Of a DNA stretch of 64,000 bases, positions 18,668 through 27,148 are shown one piece after another (position 1 is the first letter of the stretch; each line of letters begins with the position of its first letter). The DNA comes from Candidatus Omnitrophota bacterium. GTDB lineage: Bacteria > Omnitrophota > Gorgyraeia > Duberdicusellales > 4484-171. The position numbers and the translations under genes are program-made. The stretch lies in contig JBAWWL010000010.1 of NCBI GenBank assembly GCA_037146775.1, forward strand, positions 12,963 through 76,962, read 5' to 3'. The notes below the pieces were generated by a model. The model worked only from the letters and a program-made list of their open reading frames with translations. It did not search any database and was not told where the DNA came from.

Positions 18668-19291
18668 CTATTGTAATACTACTGAAAATGTAACTGTGCC
18701 GTTATATGTTCCGGCTGGTTTATCGGTTATCGGCGCAGAGCCAGCTGGTTCCCCTGGTGCTCCGGTAGCTAATCCGTAATATGCGCGCACAATTCTGGGT
18801 ACACCCGCATTTCCATTATAAATTACTTTGTTGGTCGCAAAAGCAAGTGATGTGGCAGTGAAACTATCTCCGGCCGGCATAGCCCCTTGAGCAATGCCAT
18901 TAACCGCGTCTTGCGATTTATAGTCGGGTGTCATCATAAGGTTATTGTTAAGATCGCTTCCGCCGGTGGTTGTAAAGCCGTTGCAAGTTTGTTGCAGCCT
19001 ATATGCGCTGCCGGCAGTTCTTCCGATCAGAAATACCGTAAAGTATTTTCCAGCAAGATAGATACCATTTGTTTGATCGTAAGTAAGTGTGCCAAAATCC
19101 ATGCTTGTTACTGCCGCTGATCCTGCTCCGTATGGGTCAACTCCTGGTGGTGCTGATTGTATCCAATAGGTTAATTCAAGTCCTGAAGGTACGATTGCGC
19201 GTACGGGGACACTTGCAGTACTGACAGCAAATGCCGGGTTGCTTAAGGCAACCATTAATGTTGCGACGATTAGGGTTATTATACGTCTCAT
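18668..19291 (-). CDS. Secreted Gly/Thr/Ala-rich fimbrial subunit-like protein (SCPU / Csu-pilin-like)
   Basis: Signal peptide. Small-residue-rich composition. C-terminal …YNGTVTFSVVLQ beta-strand resembling spore-coat-protein-U / archaic chaperone-usher pilins. Confidence 0.4.
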   Translation of the reverse strand: MRRIITLIVATLMVALSNPAFAVSTASVPVRAIVPSGLELTYWIQSAPPGVDPYGAGSAAVTSMDFGTLTYDQTNGIYLAGKYFTVFLIGRTAGSAYRLQQTCNGFTTTGGSDLNNNLMMTPDYKSQDAVNGIAQGAMPAGDSFTATSLAFATNKVIYNGNAGVPRIVRAYYGLATGAPGEPAGSAPITDKPAGTYNGTVTFSVVLQ

Positions 19292-19309
19292 TTAATCTCC
19301 TTTCATCCT

Positions 19310-20710
19310 TTAATGTTCCACTAAAGCGTAACTAATTTGTGCACGATAGTCTCCTGCCTTGGTATCTATGGGTACCTTGAGTGAATATTTCATCCGTATA
19401 ACTGAGGCATCACCGTTGGCATTTGAATTGAACACAACTGTGTCACCTAATTTTACCGGCACCCATTGGCTACAAAGCACTTCTCCTTTTTGGCCCTCTC
19501 CTATTTCGCCCAAATAGGTAAATAATTCTGCAGGAATCACATCTCCTTGGTTATTCGTAAGCGGAGCAGCCATTTTTTGCACTATCGAATATGGTTTTGT
19601 CATATTCGTTTTGATCTTAAGTATCACCTCCTTTTCTATGGGCGAATTCTCCTCAGTAACATTACTAAAATATAATCCTCCTGCGGTATCTGCTTCAACT
19701 GCAATTTCAAAAACTCTTTCGATATTTATTTGTATTTTTAACGGCAGACGCTTAAGCATTACGCCGTTTGATTCGAGTGTATAAACAATCATTCCCTGGA
19801 AAATTCCGCTTCCTACAGTATTGAGGCGATTTAGGTCAATATTAAAATTAATCGTTACGATATCGTTTTCACCTTGCGCGTCAGATGTATATATGGGTAT
19901 GGTTTTGAGCGTTATATTAGTTGGTGACGCATAAAGCGTTTGGCCGGTTTGTGCAGAAACTAAGAACGATAAAGCCTCATTGGGAAAAGATTCGTTTTTC
20001 TCGTTACGCAATGGCTCTTCGATTTGTTGTATAATTTGAATGCGTTCCCTTGTTTTTCCGGTTAGGGAAATTGTAATATTACCTTGAGCGTTGTTGTCGG
20101 AGGCTGATATTCGTAATAAATCAGCGCCTTGAGAGGATGTGGTTATTTTTACTTCAAGCTGTTGCTCAATAGTAAGATAAACATTTAAGATAAAAGTTTC
20201 TTCGCTCATTCCCCCTTCTATTGGTTTAAGCGTATACAGGATTCTACCTAAAAAATTTCCCGAAGCGTTAATCTTGCTATTATCAAATTCATAGGCAACA
20301 ATAAATGAATCGCTATTACCATTGGCTGAGGAAGTATAAATTACTTGTTCCATTGTATCCAGCGGTACCGGTGAAAGTTGATAAAGGCTACCCGAAGCGT
20401 TGCTCCCTTGCAGAGTATAAAAGTTTATCGCCTCACGGTCAATAAATACCCCCTGGTCGTTACGCAGTGGGTCAAGCAGGCGTTGGCGTATTTCATATTT
20501 TTTGCTCAAGTCAGAATTGATACGTATTTTGACTTGACGGCTTTGTCGCGCAAAAGAAGCGGTCCTGCTGAAACGCAAGCTTGTATCGCCGTCGATTGGA
20601 AGCACGGTAAGGCTGTTCGCGGCCCATGATGACGGAGAAGCCAGGAGACCAAGAAAGCAAAAAAATACAATAGCGGCTATTTTCTGTATATACCGTACTG
20701 CGTGTTGCAT
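19310..20710 (-). CDS. Large secreted protein with three internal repeat domains (putative adhesin / tip subunit)
   Basis: Start moved to the internal Met (MQHAVRYIQKIAAIVFFCFLGLLASPSSWA), which gives a good signal peptide. Three roughly 150-aa repeats each end in …YTLK, …YTLE and …YALVE. The ORF track gives 19310..20815. Confidence 0.4.
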   Translation of the reverse strand: MQHAVRYIQKIAAIVFFCFLGLLASPSSWAANSLTVLPIDGDTSLRFSRTASFARQSRQVKIRINSDLSKKYEIRQRLLDPLRNDQGVFIDREAINFYTLQGSNASGSLYQLSPVPLDTMEQVIYTSSANGNSDSFIVAYEFDNSKINASGNFLGRILYTLKPIEGGMSEETFILNVYLTIEQQLEVKITTSSQGADLLRISASDNNAQGNITISLTGKTRERIQIIQQIEEPLRNEKNESFPNEALSFLVSAQTGQTLYASPTNITLKTIPIYTSDAQGENDIVTINFNIDLNRLNTVGSGIFQGMIVYTLESNGVMLKRLPLKIQINIERVFEIAVEADTAGGLYFSNVTEENSPIEKEVILKIKTNMTKPYSIVQKMAAPLTNNQGDVIPAELFTYLGEIGEGQKGEVLCSQWVPVKLGDTVVFNSNANGDASVIRMKYSLKVPIDTKAGDYRAQISYALVEH

Positions 20711-21212
20711 TACGCCAGATAGTGTTTGTAATTTATGATAAAAACCGGTACTCACTCTGATCTCCCTTTCTGTAACTTGATAAATAGAAACATTTACATT
20801 TGCAAAATATAGCATATTTTACTATATTTTTCAAGGCAAAACAGTTTTGCGAATTGACTCACATTAAGTGTCGCTCAAATATTTTATACGGGTATTGTTT
20901 CAGTCCGAGACTGATCCGTTCCCTGGCGGAGACACATAATTAATTTAACCAAAAATATATAATAATTTTATTATAGGGGGTTCGTGGATTAAATCTATTG
21001 TACCTAGGTATAACAAGACATGGTTAACTTTAGAATGAATATATGATTAATGGTGTTGTCTATCGGACCAAGTTGATTTTTCCTTTATGCTCATTAAGGA
21101 ACGGCTCCACGGTAGGTGCGACAAAATATTGATAGGCTTTTATTAAGCCAAAAATGATTATGCCGACTATAATGAGTTTTTTTATCATTGCGTATTGTAA
21201 TGTTAGCGCGAG

Positions 21213-21557
21213 TTATTTATATGTCTGGAAGCCGGGCATGCGATCACTTTTTACTTTTTGGAAGCGGCTATCCTCGACGCTCATTAACGCTTTTATGTGA
21301 TGCCATGGGATAAGGATGTTGGTGCGTAATTTTTCTTTTACCTGTTTGGTTACAGGTATTAAACTGCCGTTTTCATCCCACCATATGCCTAGTTCATATG
21401 CCGGATTTTCTATCCAGACGCCGATATCTTCTATGCCGGTTATGACCGCCCATAGTTCATCTTTAAAGATTTGAAAAAGCCCAAGATCTCCGCGTATTTC
21501 ATCCGCAAATTTAAAAAGTACCAATTTGCCTTTTAGCTCTTCTATTTGCATGTACAC
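21213..21557 (-). CDS. Hypothetical protein
   Basis: 114-aa ORF with a good SD (AAGGAGGTG). Carries the shared 16-bp upstream motif. Confidence 0.35.
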   Translation of the reverse strand: MYMQIEELKGKLVLFKFADEIRGDLGLFQIFKDELWAVITGIEDIGVWIENPAYELGIWWDENGSLIPVTKQVKEKLRTNILIPWHHIKALMSVEDSRFQKVKSDRMPGFQTYK

Positions 21558-21581
21558 CTCCTTTAGAATAAATTATAGATA

Positions 21582-21597
21582 ATTCTATTGTACTGTA
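21582..21597 (-). promoter_or_regulatory. Shared 16-bp upstream motif TTACAGTACAATAGAA (minus-strand reading), copy 1
   Basis: Identical 16-mer at 22503..22518, also about 25-60 nt upstream of a minus-strand start codon. Contains a TACAAT -10-like hexamer. Confidence 0.4.
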
Positions 21598-21628
21598 ACG
21601 AGATTCTTTTTGCAATCATTATGCATAT

Positions 21629-22444
21629 TCATACAAAGAAGTGGTTATCCCGGTATTGCAATAAGTGTTCGGCGTGCATGCTGTTGAGTTGTTTGCGCAG
21701 GCGTGGCGCGGTTGCCTTGGTTTCCTTTTGTAAGGAAGAAAATGTGCGTTTATTCTTTACAAGTAGCGCTCGTATGATTTGCCCTCTGAGTTGCCGGTCT
21801 GAGCCGGGAAAGGTGCTTTGTCTGCGATAATGAGCGCTTTTGCGATTTGGGTTGATATTATTTTCTTTTATGAACGTGCCGTAATCCATCAATGCCCAAT
21901 ACCAGCGTCGCGGGTTACGGCGATCGAGAGTTTGTTTAATCAACGTAATAATTTGTCCGTCACTAATGGCCGCTTTGTTTCTGAGAAAACAGTGGATAAA
22001 TACGCTGCGAATATTGGTTTCGATGAATACTGTCGGCTGGTTAAATGCAAAGGTGCAAATACTGGAAGCAGTAGTCCGGCCAATTCCTGGTAGCGAATCC
22101 AATGTTTCTATGTTCTCTGGAATGACGCCACGATGTGCTTGTGTAACTTGTTGAGCGATTTTTTTCAGCCATAACGCCCGGCGATTATATCCAAGCCCCT
22201 GCCATACGCGCAAGATATTGCCCAGAGGCGCAGCCGCTAAGATTTTTATGGTGGGAAAGGTTTTAATGAATTGCCCGTATTTTTCAATAACACGCAAAAC
22301 CTGTGTTTGCTGCAACATAATTTCGGAAACCAGTATGTGGTAGGGATTGGTTGCCTTGCGCCAAGGTAAATTACGTTTGTGAATGCGATAGTGGGATAGT
22401 ACCATTCTCTGGAACTTTTCTATTCGTTTTTCAGATAAAACCAT
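21629..22444 (-). CDS. HhH-GPD base-excision DNA glycosylase (MutY/Nth family), lacking the 4-Cys FeS-cluster loop
   Basis: N-terminus like MutY (NLPWR…YHILVSEIMLQQTQV) and an HhH motif LPGIGRTTASSI. No Cys-X6-C-X2-C-X5-C cluster. 271 aa. Confidence 0.6.
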   Translation of the reverse strand: MVLSEKRIEKFQRMVLSHYRIHKRNLPWRKATNPYHILVSEIMLQQTQVLRVIEKYGQFIKTFPTIKILAAAPLGNILRVWQGLGYNRRALWLKKIAQQVTQAHRGVIPENIETLDSLPGIGRTTASSICTFAFNQPTVFIETNIRSVFIHCFLRNKAAISDGQIITLIKQTLDRRNPRRWYWALMDYGTFIKENNINPNRKSAHYRRQSTFPGSDRQLRGQIIRALLVKNKRTFSSLQKETKATAPRLRKQLNSMHAEHLLQYRDNHFFV

Positions 22445-22502
22445 TTGATTGGTCTAGGATAACTTTTGCGGTATATATTACATGAGGCTGTTACTAACGA
22501 TG

Positions 22503-22518
22503 TTCTATTGTACTGTAA
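22503..22518 (-). promoter_or_regulatory. Shared 16-bp upstream motif TTACAGTACAATAGAA, copy 2
   Basis: Exact repeat of 21582..21597, located upstream of the glycosylase gene start. Confidence 0.4.
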
Positions 22519-22670
22519 GTCGACAGTATTGAAAAGATGTAATAATTCGTCTGTAAATGAAGCCTTCCGTAGCCCCTCGGGCTAAAAGCCCGAGGTTTCA
22601 GCATAGCTAATACTAAACGGCGCACCATATAATCCGCGTTATGAATACCGCGGTTTTGGCGCCGTGAATG

Positions 22671-22700
22671 TATAAAAAGGCACTGGCGTGTGCCAGTGCC
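22671..22700 (-). terminator. Intrinsic terminator (ggcactggc-acac-gccagtgcc plus T-tract) downstream of the 22731..23135 gene
   Basis: 9-bp GC-rich stem followed on the minus strand by ttttta. Lies 30 nt after the stop codon. Confidence 0.6.
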
Positions 22701-22730
22701 TGCGTTTATTCTATCTAAAAACTTGGACGA

Positions 22731-23135
22731 TTAATAGAAGTATCTTGTTTCCCAATGACCGCCATCCTCTACCTTATATTTTATATAGTGTCCTTCAACT
22801 ATTACTTCGCCATAACCCGCATGGTATTCTTTGTGTTCTGGAACGTATATTCTGCGCCAAGCATAGTCAGGAACCCATGTACGATCGCTACGTTCATCAT
22901 GTCGGTAATGATCATCGCGGCGGTTGTCTCTGCTCCTCGCGTATTGATTTTTATCTTTAGTGCGGTTTATGCCGGTCATAGTGCCAATAACGTCAACTTT
23001 GCCTCCGGTAATAATCCGTACACCCTCAATTCCCGTCAATATTTTTCCTGCTACATCCCAATCACTGGCAAAACTTTTTTCGCAACACCCCAGGAGTATC
23101 GCAGTTACGAATACAAGAACGATAGTTTTTTTCAT
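22731..23135 (-). CDS. Small secreted / lipoprotein, Arg/Asp/His-rich
   Basis: Signal peptide with LLGCC lipobox-like motif. Charged low-complexity region (RDNRRDDHYRHDERSDR). Confidence 0.4.
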   Translation of the reverse strand: MKKTIVLVFVTAILLGCCEKSFASDWDVAGKILTGIEGVRIITGGKVDVIGTMTGINRTKDKNQYARSRDNRRDDHYRHDERSDRTWVPDYAWRRIYVPEHKEYHAGYGEVIVEGHYIKYKVEDGGHWETRYFY

Positions 23136-23332
23136 GGTCTACCTCCTTTTTCTCAACCATCCTTAGTGCTCGCACCAGGATTTATTTTATATAAATGACA
23201 CTTAGTGCCCTTCAGATATTTAGACACACATATTACGCAAAAAGTTCCCAGAGGCTTGGATTATTTTACGGAGAAAAATAATGCGTTAGGCGTGTGTAGA
23301 AGGTTAGGGCAATTGCGGTTATCTTCGGTGGG

Positions 23333-23593
23333 TTACTTCTTTACGGTTATTTTTTTCAAGGAATAAACAAAGTTTATCGCAAAGCCGAATAAAACTGCCC
23401 AAAACCACCAGTTATCCGGCGTTTTGCCTTGAAGCAATTGTGCATATGAACGGGTTAATCCGCAACCAGGACAGTTGCTGAAAATGATTTGTATGGGGCA
23501 GGTATATGCGACATGCACCGAGAAGATCGCATACCAGGTGGAAATGAGTGTCCAGACAATAAACGGAAAATTATAACCTAGAAATAGAGCCAT
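23333..23593 (-). CDS. DUF2752-like membrane protein (CPGCGxTR motif)
   Basis: CPGCGLTRS motif and two TM helices. 86 aa. Confidence 0.5.
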   Translation of the reverse strand: MALFLGYNFPFIVWTLISTWYAIFSVHVAYTCPIQIIFSNCPGCGLTRSYAQLLQGKTPDNWWFWAVLFGFAINFVYSLKKITVKK

Positions 23594-23637
23594 ACGTCTA
23601 TCGGGTAAATGTTTTCTTGTGCAGCCAGAGGTACGCT

Positions 23638-23856
23638 TTAGTTTCCTTCTAGCGGTGTACCGCTTGCGTCAGGTAGTTTGTGGGTAGCAATCAAAATAAT
23701 GTCAACGATCCACCAAATACCGCAGCCTCCCCCGGTGATAAGTTTCAAAATACCTAATCCGACATAACCAAGATAAAATCTGTCCACGCCTAAGCTACCG
23801 ACTAAAATGGAAAGTATGAGCGCTACCAGAAAACTTTTTCCTTCTTTTTTTTCTAC
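23638..23856 (-). CDS. TM2 domain-containing small membrane protein
   Basis: DRFYLGYVGLGILKLITGGGCGIWWIVDI matches the TM2 domain. Start set at MVEKKEG…, preceded by a GGAGGTG SD. The ORF track extends to 23982. Confidence 0.5.
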   Translation of the reverse strand, partial: VEKKEGKSFLVALILSILVGSLGVDRFYLGYVGLGILKLITGGGCGIWWIVDIILIATHKLPDASGTPLEGN

Positions 23857-24111
23857 CATACTGTCACCTCCTACTATCATATATTTTTTATCCAACCGAC
23901 CACAATTATTATACCGTATGGTATGCCTTCCGGCAATAGAAAACAGCTTAAAAAATTCTTTCTTGTAATGGGATATCCTCAAGTATCAGGGTATGTCTAT
24001 TTTGTGTGTTCACTTTATATGTTATTTTTTTGTGGTCGAGAATTGAAGCTTCACCGGGTAATTAAGCATTTAAAGAATCTCGAGATTTAAGATAAAGCAG
24101 ATCAGGAGGTT

Positions 24112-25479
24112 TTATTTCTTTTCTTCTTTTGTGCCGAAAATTGCATTGATCGCATCAATTGCTTTTTGTGCGGTAGTATCATTGGTTGGCGCAGAGCCGT
24201 CTTCCGAGGAAGGAGATTTGATGTTTTTTTCGATGACTTTGCGCAGTATGTCCATTCCTTGTTTCTCTATCCGTTTTTGTATTGTTTTGAGGGCTGGTTT
24301 TGTTAACTGGGCCAGGGCTTCTTGAAAGCCTTTAAATTCCGGCTTTTCTAGAGTTCCGGTTATTGCGAATTGTAAGGTAAGCGGAGTAATATCGTTTAGT
24401 GTCTCGCAAAGTATGGGTAATGGCATGAACATATCGGCTACAGTTCCGGTTTCTTGCACGGAAAATTTATGGTTGGCGAGGGTGAGGTTATTTTTTGAAT
24501 CAAGCGCATCGTCAGTTAATATTGTTTTTGATTCTAACTGTAAGGTACCTTTTTCTATGTTTACCGGAAGCGAATCCCGATAGACAAAGCGTATCGCGTC
24601 AAGATCGACGTCTTCGGCATTCAACAAGTACTGGGTTTGTACCGTATCTTGGTTTAGTTTCGTGAGATAATCCAATTCAATCGTTCCGGCAAGGCGTTGA
24701 TTGGCGCTAATTTTTCCGGAAAGCCTGCAACGCTCCAGGCGCAGGTTATTTTGTGAGTCGAAAAATAATTTGTTAAGCAGTATGTGTGCCTCGGTTATCG
24801 CCACCGTGTTACCGTCGTCAAGGGAAACAATAATATTTGCATCGGAAATACGCAATTTTTTTATGCCAAATAAATATTCTCCCGTAAGCGGCCGGAATAT
24901 TACTCTGCGGCCATGAGGAATTTTTATTACTTCCGTCACAGTTTTAGCAGCATCTTTTCGTTCAACTTTTGCTTTTGCGAGTTGCTTTTTGGAAAAGCGT
25001 TGTTTTATAATTTCATATAATTTACTGAACCAGTCTTTTTTCTCTCGAAGTATATTGCCGAGATCGCTCGTTTGTTTTTTTTCGGGGGTCGATTCTTTTC
25101 TCCCTATTTTTTCGATATTAAATGTCCCGTCCGGACTACCTTGCGTATTTATTTCTAAGCTATCAATGCTGACCCCGTTAAACATAATCCGCCTTGAAAG
25201 CAGGCCAAAAAAGCTCAAGCTAGCTTTCATATTATTAATTGCAACTATACGGATTTGCGGCTGGTCCGGATCGAAAACTTTTAGATTTTTAAGCTCAATA
25301 GTTAAAGTAAGCGGCCAGAGATGCATTTTTTCAAGCGAAATTTTTGCCGCTGTTTTTTCATTGATAGTTTTAACGGCCAAAGAGGTAAGCGCGGGGCTTG
25401 CGATAAAGCCGACAACAAGATGCAGGAGAATAAGTATAACAAGCAGAATAATGAGATTTTTTATTTTGAGTCTTTTCAT
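24112..25479 (-). CDS. AsmA-like / DUF748-type membrane-anchored protein
   Basis: N-terminal TM anchor followed by a long beta-rich region with AsmA-family-like organisation. 455 aa. Confidence 0.35.
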   Translation of the reverse strand: MKRLKIKNLIILLVILILLHLVVGFIASPALTSLAVKTINEKTAAKISLEKMHLWPLTLTIELKNLKVFDPDQPQIRIVAINNMKASLSFFGLLSRRIMFNGVSIDSLEINTQGSPDGTFNIEKIGRKESTPEKKQTSDLGNILREKKDWFSKLYEIIKQRFSKKQLAKAKVERKDAAKTVTEVIKIPHGRRVIFRPLTGEYLFGIKKLRISDANIIVSLDDGNTVAITEAHILLNKLFFDSQNNLRLERCRLSGKISANQRLAGTIELDYLTKLNQDTVQTQYLLNAEDVDLDAIRFVYRDSLPVNIEKGTLQLESKTILTDDALDSKNNLTLANHKFSVQETGTVADMFMPLPILCETLNDITPLTLQFAITGTLEKPEFKGFQEALAQLTKPALKTIQKRIEKQGMDILRKVIEKNIKSPSSEDGSAPTNDTTAQKAIDAINAIFGTKEEKK

Positions 25480-26021
25480 TTTTGTATGCGGTTTGCGACC
25501 CGGTCCACTCGGGAGGTAACCTTATCTATCTTCTGAATCCGACGTGCCCAGCGGCCGAAACCGGAATCAAATATTTTTTGGGCAACCCGTGGGCGTATTT
25601 GTACGCTCAAGAATTTTGCGATCAGATATACCGGTATAAGCAGCAGACAGGAAAATGCCAGGCCACCGGCAACCAGAGTGTTATTGATATCTAAAAGCGC
25701 AACTAGCGGCAGATGTGTGAGCCAGCGCCAGAAATTCGCGAGGAATTTTGCGTCAATAAGAAGATAACCGCCGATTTTATCGGTAATGGCGCTTACTCCG
25801 GCTATATAGAGCAGTTTAAACATGGGTAAACTGATTGCGGTGGCAATGCGGTTTACATTGATGATGAAGAAAAAAAGGAAAAGCATTAAAGCCATTACTC
25901 CGTTCCAGGGTACAAAGCTAAGAAGCATCGCAAAGCAGACGCCGGCGGCTATTTCGCGATGAGAAACGCTTGGTTCAAAGAAATTAATGATCGTTGCCGG
26001 GATGTTGACGAAAGAAAACAT
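25476..26021 (-). CDS. Hypothetical polytopic membrane protein (DUF2062-like)
   Basis: 181 aa with 3-4 TM helices, translationally coupled to flanking genes. Confidence 0.3.
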   Translation of the reverse strand: MFSFVNIPATIINFFEPSVSHREIAAGVCFAMLLSFVPWNGVMALMLFLFFFIINVNRIATAISLPMFKLLYIAGVSAITDKIGGYLLIDAKFLANFWRWLTHLPLVALLDINNTLVAGGLAFSCLLLIPVYLIAKFLSVQIRPRVAQKIFDSGFGRWARRIQKIDKVTSRVDRVANRIQK

Positions 26022-26644
26022 TATTTCCCCTTATTTTTTAGTTTCTGTAACTCGATAGCAATTATGGAGGTGTCAGGGAGCTCGTTGATGTCATGGACTT
26101 TTATATAACGAATGATCCCTTTTTTGTCAATCACAAATATGGCGCGTTCGGCCACCCCGTCTTCACGTAAAACCCCGTATCTATCGGCAACTGCACCATG
26201 CGGCCAGAAATCGGAAAGTAATTCAAACCAAAGTCCTCCCAGGGCTTTTTGCCATGCGGATAGCGTAGGGATATTGTCAACGGTAATGCTCAATAAAACT
26301 GCATCACATTCTTCAAAGAGAGGTTGGAGGCTATCGTATGAGGGTAGCTGGTTTGAGCATACCGGAGTCCATGCTGCCGGGATAAAAGCAATTACTATAT
26401 TTTTTTTACCGCGGTATTCGTTTAAAAGTATTCTTTTTCCAGAGGTAGATAGTAAGCTAAAATCAGGAGCGGCTTCCCCAATTTTAACCTTAAGCGTGCT
26501 TTCGGTGGGTTTAAGTTTTCCGGGGTTATAAATAAGCCTTTCTGCTTCGCGCGATTGAGCGAAACCAAAAAAAATCGTTAATAATAACGTCAACAATGCG
26601 GTGAGGAATATTGATAAAATTTTCATAAAATCAGCATTGCGCAA
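26021..26644 (-). CDS. Peroxiredoxin (AhpC/TSA / redoxin family), membrane-anchored or secreted
   Basis: AAWTPVCSNQ peroxidatic-Cys motif (T-P-x-C). N-terminal hydrophobic segment. Confidence 0.7.
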   Translation of the reverse strand: MRNADFMKILSIFLTALLTLLLTIFFGFAQSREAERLIYNPGKLKPTESTLKVKIGEAAPDFSLLSTSGKRILLNEYRGKKNIVIAFIPAAWTPVCSNQLPSYDSLQPLFEECDAVLLSITVDNIPTLSAWQKALGGLWFELLSDFWPHGAVADRYGVLREDGVAERAIFVIDKKGIIRYIKVHDINELPDTSIIAIELQKLKNKGK

Positions 26645-26791
26645 AGAATCTTATTACTGACGGCTAATTATAAAGCTTTATAGTTAATCTGACAATAATA
26701 ATTTAATCCAAGAAATTATTCGTTATCCGAGGAACTGATAGTTTTGGTGGATTCAATATATTTTTCGGTTAACAATTTTAGCTTTGAATCC

Positions 26792-27136
26792 TCATCTTTT
26801 CATAACCATGATACTCAATGCTTTTAGCCCAGATAGTGAGTTATCGACATATTCTACCGCGACTTCATCCGACACTTTAACCTCAAGGAAACCCACCTTG
26901 TCGGTACCTTTAATTATTTCTGTGTCAGAAGAAACTATTAATGTTATCTCGTCAATTTTACCGAAATGCATTGTTCTTACGGAAATTTTATTACCGACCC
27001 AATCAACTTCTTCCAGCGTTCCGGTAATACGTTTTATCTCGTTGTTTTGGTTATGATTTTGACCATAGCAAAAGATGCCGAAAAAAACGGATAATACGAT
27101 AAATAAAAATATTCTTTTTTTGAGCATAATTTTCAT
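26792..27136 (-). CDS. Small secreted hypothetical protein
   Basis: Signal peptide. 114 aa. Confidence 0.35.
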   Translation of the reverse strand: MKIMLKKRIFLFIVLSVFFGIFCYGQNHNQNNEIKRITGTLEEVDWVGNKISVRTMHFGKIDEITLIVSSDTEIIKGTDKVGFLEVKVSDEVAVEYVDNSLSGLKALSIMVMKR

Positions 27137-27148
27137 CGGAGGACAGTA

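Noticed and set aside
19310-20815. Longer N-terminal extensions given by the ORF track for several genes (19310..20815, 23638..23982, 32239..33429, 3283..3765, 33312..35486)
   Set aside because: Internal Met codons give proper signal peptides or RBS spacing and ATGA/stop-start coupling with the upstream gene, so shorter starts were adopted.
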